Shown here: positions 60,681 to 64,000 of the stretch, piece after piece
Position numbering within the stretch: position 1 is the first letter of the stretch
Layout: each line of letters opens with the position of its first letter
Assembly: GCA_027023265.1 (NCBI GenBank)
Contig: JALVVV010000055.1
Coordinates: 19,907 to 83,906, forward strand
From: DHVE2 group archaeon
GTDB lineage: Archaea > Thermoplasmatota > Thermoplasmata > Thermoplasmatales > Aciduliprofundaceae
Reading direction: 5' to 3'
DNA length: 64,000 nt
Made by a program: the position numbers and the translations under genes
The notes under the pieces: generated by a model
What the model was told of the DNA's origin: nothing
The model's input: the letters and a program-made list of their open reading frames with translations, nothing else
The model's database searches: none

Positions 60681-61473
60681 CAACGAAGAACAGGGTTTTT
60701 CCTGCAACTTCTCTGTTAAAGTTAATCCTGAAATGGTCCTTGTACACTGCATCAATTAGGCCCCCGCTTGGTAGCAGTATAGGTATGCTCTTTATTATGT
60801 AATGAAAGTATATTCGTCCATTTTTTATGCTTTCTACGTGTATTATGAGCGATTGCGTCTTAAATGGCTGGTAATCCGCATTCACGTCTGGATTGTTCTG
60901 TATGGTAACTATATTTTTGGAAGGATTCACGTATAGCACGAGGACTTTCCATCCATACATTTTATCTGTGTAAACGGAATTAATGGTTGGATTTGCATGT
61001 GCGAATCTTTGATAGAATTCGTTTATAGTTAGGTTCTCTACGATTGAGACACTCTGATAATATGATTCGTTGGTTACTTTCTTCCATGAAAACGGATAAC
61101 CCTCATCAGGGGGTACGACAATTGTCTTTGTTTCGTTTAGTTTCATTCCCTGTACTCCCTTATCAAATCCTTTGATCATGGACCCGGACCCCACCGTGAA
61201 AGTGAGTGGTTTAAAGTTACCTGTCCACTTGTATGTGAGGGTCTTGGGGTACGTGACATTGTCATCTGCAACTTCCTTAATATTCGTGTCAAATACTCTT
61301 CTCTCTCCCCCGTAATATATGTACCCGTAATATTTGACAGAAATCTTATCTCCTATTTTTACCACGGGCACGCTCTTACTTGGCCCGCTGGTGTATGCGA
61401 AATACTCGTAAGCTCCGACAGAGACCCCTACCATTATTAGGAGTAGCACTGTCGCATATACCCACAACTTCAT
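60649..61473 (-). CDS. Membrane-anchored FKBP-type peptidyl-prolyl isomerase with large insertion
   Basis: N-terminal TM; GD.ISV.Y.G, FDT, PL.F.VG.G.MIKGF, VPP..GY, FN..VAGKTL.F. Confidence 0.85.
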   Translation of the reverse strand: MKLWVYATVLLLIMVGVSVGAYEYFAYTSGPSKSVPVVKIGDKISVKYYGYIYYGGERRVFDTNIKEVADDNVTYPKTLTYKWTGNFKPLTFTVGSGSMIKGFDKGVQGMKLNETKTIVVPPDEGYPFSWKKVTNESYYQSVSIVENLTINEFYQRFAHANPTINSVYTDKMYGWKVLVLYVNPSKNIVTIQNNPDVNADYQPFKTQSLIIHVESIKNGRIYFHYIIKSIPILLPSGGLIDAVYKDHFRINFNREVAGKTLFFVVTVVKIESSQ

Positions 61474-61505
61474 AATCCGGCGAATACTCACGTTAGATAT
61501 ATAAC

Positions 61506-62030
61506 TTACGCTTTTTTAAGCTGGTACACATATATCTCGTGGAAGGCAAGTTTTAGTGAGGCCAATCTCCTGAATTTGTATGGGTGAGATATTATAAGGG
61601 ATTTTCTGTTATGCGAAGATAAAATAATATATATCTCGCCATTTTTTTTGAGGTGACGATGAGCCTCCTTTAGAAATTTTATTATTATTTCATCTCCATA
61701 GTCGCCTCCTCCTGCCCACTGCAAGTCCTTGATATCTATTGCATTTCCCGGCAAATATGGTGGATTAAATATAATGGTGTCAAAGGTACCCTCAACTTTC
61801 TCGAACAAGTTGGACTTTTTGAAAATAACGGATACTCCTTCTTCTTCTGCTCTTTTTTTTGCATAGTTTATGGCATCATCGTCTATGTCTACAGCAACCA
61901 CCCTGCTACCTCTTTTTGCACATTCTATTGCGATGTACCCGCTGCCTGTTCCCACCTCCAAAACAGAATCACCGCATTTTAGGTTATCAAGTAAAAGAAG
62001 AGTGTCTTCTGCAGGAGTGTACACATCCAT
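61506..62030 (-). CDS. HemK2/PrmC-like methyltransferase
   Basis: VY.PAEDT, LEVGTGSG, FNPPY; likely start MDVYTP at 62030. Confidence 0.92.
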   Translation of the reverse strand: MDVYTPAEDTLLLLDNLKCGDSVLEVGTGSGYIAIECAKRGSRVVAVDIDDDAINYAKKRAEEEGVSVIFKKSNLFEKVEGTFDTIIFNPPYLPGNAIDIKDLQWAGGGDYGDEIIIKFLKEAHRHLKKNGEIYIILSSHNRKSLIISHPYKFRRLASLKLAFHEIYVYQLKKA

Positions 62031-62076
62031 GAAAAAAGTTATATGTATGTAGTACATTATAATTTCGGGGAGAAAT

Positions 62077-62664
62077 ATGCCCGAAGATAACATCATTGAA
62101 GAACTAGAGGAAATTTCGCAGTTAGTTGAAGAGTCAGGCGGAAGTGAGAAACCAGAAGATGTTAAGAAGGAGCTTGAGGAGATAGAAAAAATTGCTGCTT
62201 CCGCTGAAGATAAAAAAGATGAAAACAAAGGCTCTGTAGCTGCGTCTGCTACGGTGGCCACTGCAACAGCAAAGAAGGCACCTGAAAAGAAGGAAGAAAA
62301 GAAGAGCAAAGAGGAGCAGAAACCGGAGAAAGAGGAGGAAAAGAAGAAAGAAGAGAAAAAGGAGGAGAAGCCTTCGGAAAAGCAGTTAGAGGAAAAGAAA
62401 TCAGAAGGGCAGAAACCGGAAGTAAAACCAGCCCCTGAGATTAAGCAGGTGAAGGCCCCGGAAAAAGCAATTCATGGAAGCGGGTTCAAGTTCGGTGCAG
62501 GGGTTCTGGTTGTCATAGGTATAATTATCTATGCTGCGGCCTTCTACCTTCGCTGGGAAGGCTGGCATATAATTTCTCATCCCCCGTCATCTGTGATTGC
62601 TCTCACAGGCACTTTGCTAATACTTGCAGGGGGAGAAGTCTACTACCGCGGTAAAGTAAGGTAA
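62077..62664 (+). CDS. Protein with E/K-rich low-complexity region and two C-terminal TM helices
   Basis: Purine-rich coding bias; hydrophobic C-terminus. Confidence 0.75.
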   Translation: MPEDNIIEELEEISQLVEESGGSEKPEDVKKELEEIEKIAASAEDKKDENKGSVAASATVATATAKKAPEKKEEKKSKEEQKPEKEEEKKKEEKKEEKPSEKQLEEKKSEGQKPEVKPAPEIKQVKAPEKAIHGSGFKFGAGVLVVIGIIIYAAAFYLRWEGWHIISHPPSSVIALTGTLLILAGGEVYYRGKVR

Positions 62665-62796
62665 TGCTAATGCTTTATGCTGAAAGGTATAATTTCCAAA
62701 CCCTTTAAATTTTTAGTTGTTTCGATGAGAATGAAAATCTCGAAATTATTGAGATACGTATTTTAAAAGAAATAGTGAATTTAATAGTATTATCTT

Positions 62797-63459
62797 TTAA
62801 TCAATAATGTCTAACCCGTTTTCAATTCTGTCTATTTCTACAGAGCTCGTGTTCTCACCTACAACGGCTCCGTAATCGTTGGCAACCACCCCTGCTCCCA
62901 CATACTTGCTTCCGTAGTTGGCAGTGGTAAGATACACCGGCACTCCAAATAGGTTCTTTAAGAAATTCACCTCGCTTTCATTTGTCTCTGGATGTACGAG
63001 CATACCTTTGTTGGTGAGAACTGCGGCAGTGCCCACAGTCTTTATTCCCCCTATTTTACCTTTGACTACTTCCACATCCAGAGCATCTTCTATCATTTTT
63101 ACTGTTTCTCTATCAAAGTCCACATGAACCAAAGCAGCTTTATCGTTAGCTATAATGTCGTTTCCCACTGCGTTAATTTTGTCCTCTATGAACAGCACGT
63201 TTAGTTTATCTTTCAGAAATGATATATCCTTCTCATCTGCAAAGTTGGTTATTATTGCACCCTTATTGTTCATGACCATCAAGCTGCCTATTAGCGTGCT
63301 TCCGTCGAGCATGGTCTCAAAAATATCAACGCGTAGGGTTTTCTCAATTTTCCTTTTTTTATCTTGAGAGATACCCTTAGGCACAACGGCACATGAGTTG
63401 TTGACTGCAACATAAACGCCAATATACGGGCTTCCAAAAATTGAGAGTTTGGATATCAT
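62797..63459 (-). CDS. eif6: Translation initiation factor aIF-6
   Basis: PYIGVY, LIGSL..N..G, GN.I.AND, LVHP, TAN.G..VGAG..AND. Confidence 0.95.
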   Translation of the reverse strand: MISKLSIFGSPYIGVYVAVNNSCAVVPKGISQDKKRKIEKTLRVDIFETMLDGSTLIGSLMVMNNKGAIITNFADEKDISFLKDKLNVLFIEDKINAVGNDIIANDKAALVHVDFDRETVKMIEDALDVEVVKGKIGGIKTVGTAAVLTNKGMLVHPETNESEVNFLKNLFGVPVYLTTANYGSKYVGAGVVANDYGAVVGENTSSVEIDRIENGLDIID

Positions 63460-63461
63460 TA

Positions 63462-63725
63462 TTACTCAGGCATAAGAACCTCTACGCTTTCTTCCTCTTC
63501 AAACCTGACCGCTTTTACGGTTATTTTGCTCGGTGGTTTCTCTATCCCGCGTTTCCAAATCTCCTCGTTTACCCTGTTGTCTATCCACACGTTCTCTTCT
63601 GGAACGTTCATATGCCGTGCTACAAAATTCCGTACCAATTTCACTGCATAGTTCGCTCGCCTGCTGCGAGATATGTTCTTGACTTTACCGAGCGGTATGT
63701 TGAATATCATCTCTCTCTCTGCCAT
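63462..63725 (-). CDS. rpl31e: 50S ribosomal protein L31e
   Basis: IPL..RA..AVK..FVARHM..VNE.IW.RG...PP. Confidence 0.96.
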   Translation of the reverse strand: MAEREMIFNIPLGKVKNISRSRRANYAVKLVRNFVARHMNVPEENVWIDNRVNEEIWKRGIEKPPSKITVKAVRFEEEESVEVLMPE

Positions 63726-63735
63726 CTAAATCACC

Positions 63736-63891
63736 TCACACCTTTAGCTTACTTCTGCGCCAGTTCCTTCTGTGTGGATGCATCTGGAATTTCCTCTGAG
63801 TACGCATAACGACCCACGCAGGAACCCTCCTGTTCTGCTTTACTTTCTGCATCAAACGATACTTTCTTGCAACATGCTTGTTTCTCGACAT
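63736..63891 (-). CDS. rpl39e: 50S ribosomal protein L39e (not in ORF track)
   Basis: Hand translation [51 protein letters not shown]. Confidence 0.96.
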   Translation of the reverse strand: MSRNKHVARKYRLMQKVKQNRRVPAWVVMRTQRKFQMHPHRRNWRRSKLKV

Positions 63892-63893
63892 GT

Positions 63894-64000
63894 TTATCGC
63901 CTCACAATTCTTATCTCCCTTTTTTGAGATGTTAACCTTCTTAATATTTCTTTAAGTTCACCATCACTAATTTTTTTGTAAATCCTGCCACTTTGAGCAA
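63894..64000 (-). CDS. PDCD5-like DNA-binding protein, 3' end only
   Basis: Hand translation [34 protein letters not shown]; commonly near rpl39e in archaea. Confidence 0.85.
   Translation of the reverse strand, partial: AQSGRIYKKISDGELKEILRRLTSQKREIRIVRR

Noticed and set aside
62031..62309. Long N-terminal extension of the HemK ORF in the track
   Set aside because: It is the antisense shadow of the E/K-rich gene; the family start is MDVYTP at 62030
62240..62460. GAA/AAG-rich quasi-repeats
   Set aside because: Low-complexity Glu/Lys coding sequence, not a repeat element

Overview
Gene-dense archaeal chromosomal window. Gene content, GGTGA-type Shine-Dalgarno sites and many apparently leaderless starts (TATA about 25 nt before ATG) suggest a Thermoplasmatota/DHVE2 (Aciduliprofundum-like) organism; this is inference. 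Most of it is housekeeping: 4 tRNAs (iMet-CAT, Leu-CAA, Pro-GGG, Arg-CCT), gltX, mre11-rad50, ABCE1, RaSEA, mutL, argF, rps12-rps7-EF2 // EF1a-rps10, dph6, purSLQ, rpl15e, aIF6, rpl31e and rpl39e. The most interesting signal is a dispersed signalling toolkit. Two divergent Rab-like small GTPases (one with a degenerate G3) sit next to a V4R protein. One GTPase carries a C-terminal helical domain that reappears 20 kb away as a stand-alone 85-aa gene coupled to a tandem roadblock-like protein. The window also has a DUF835-STAND-TPR protein between EF-2 and EF-1a, two more TPR proteins and a stand-alone membrane sensor-like protein. Accessory items are an AT-rich EVE/PUA-like + PD-(D/E)XK nuclease, a possible orphan CRISPR leader-repeat, and an IS remnant joined to a surface-protein fragment. 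All family assignments were made by eye from motifs; no searches were run.
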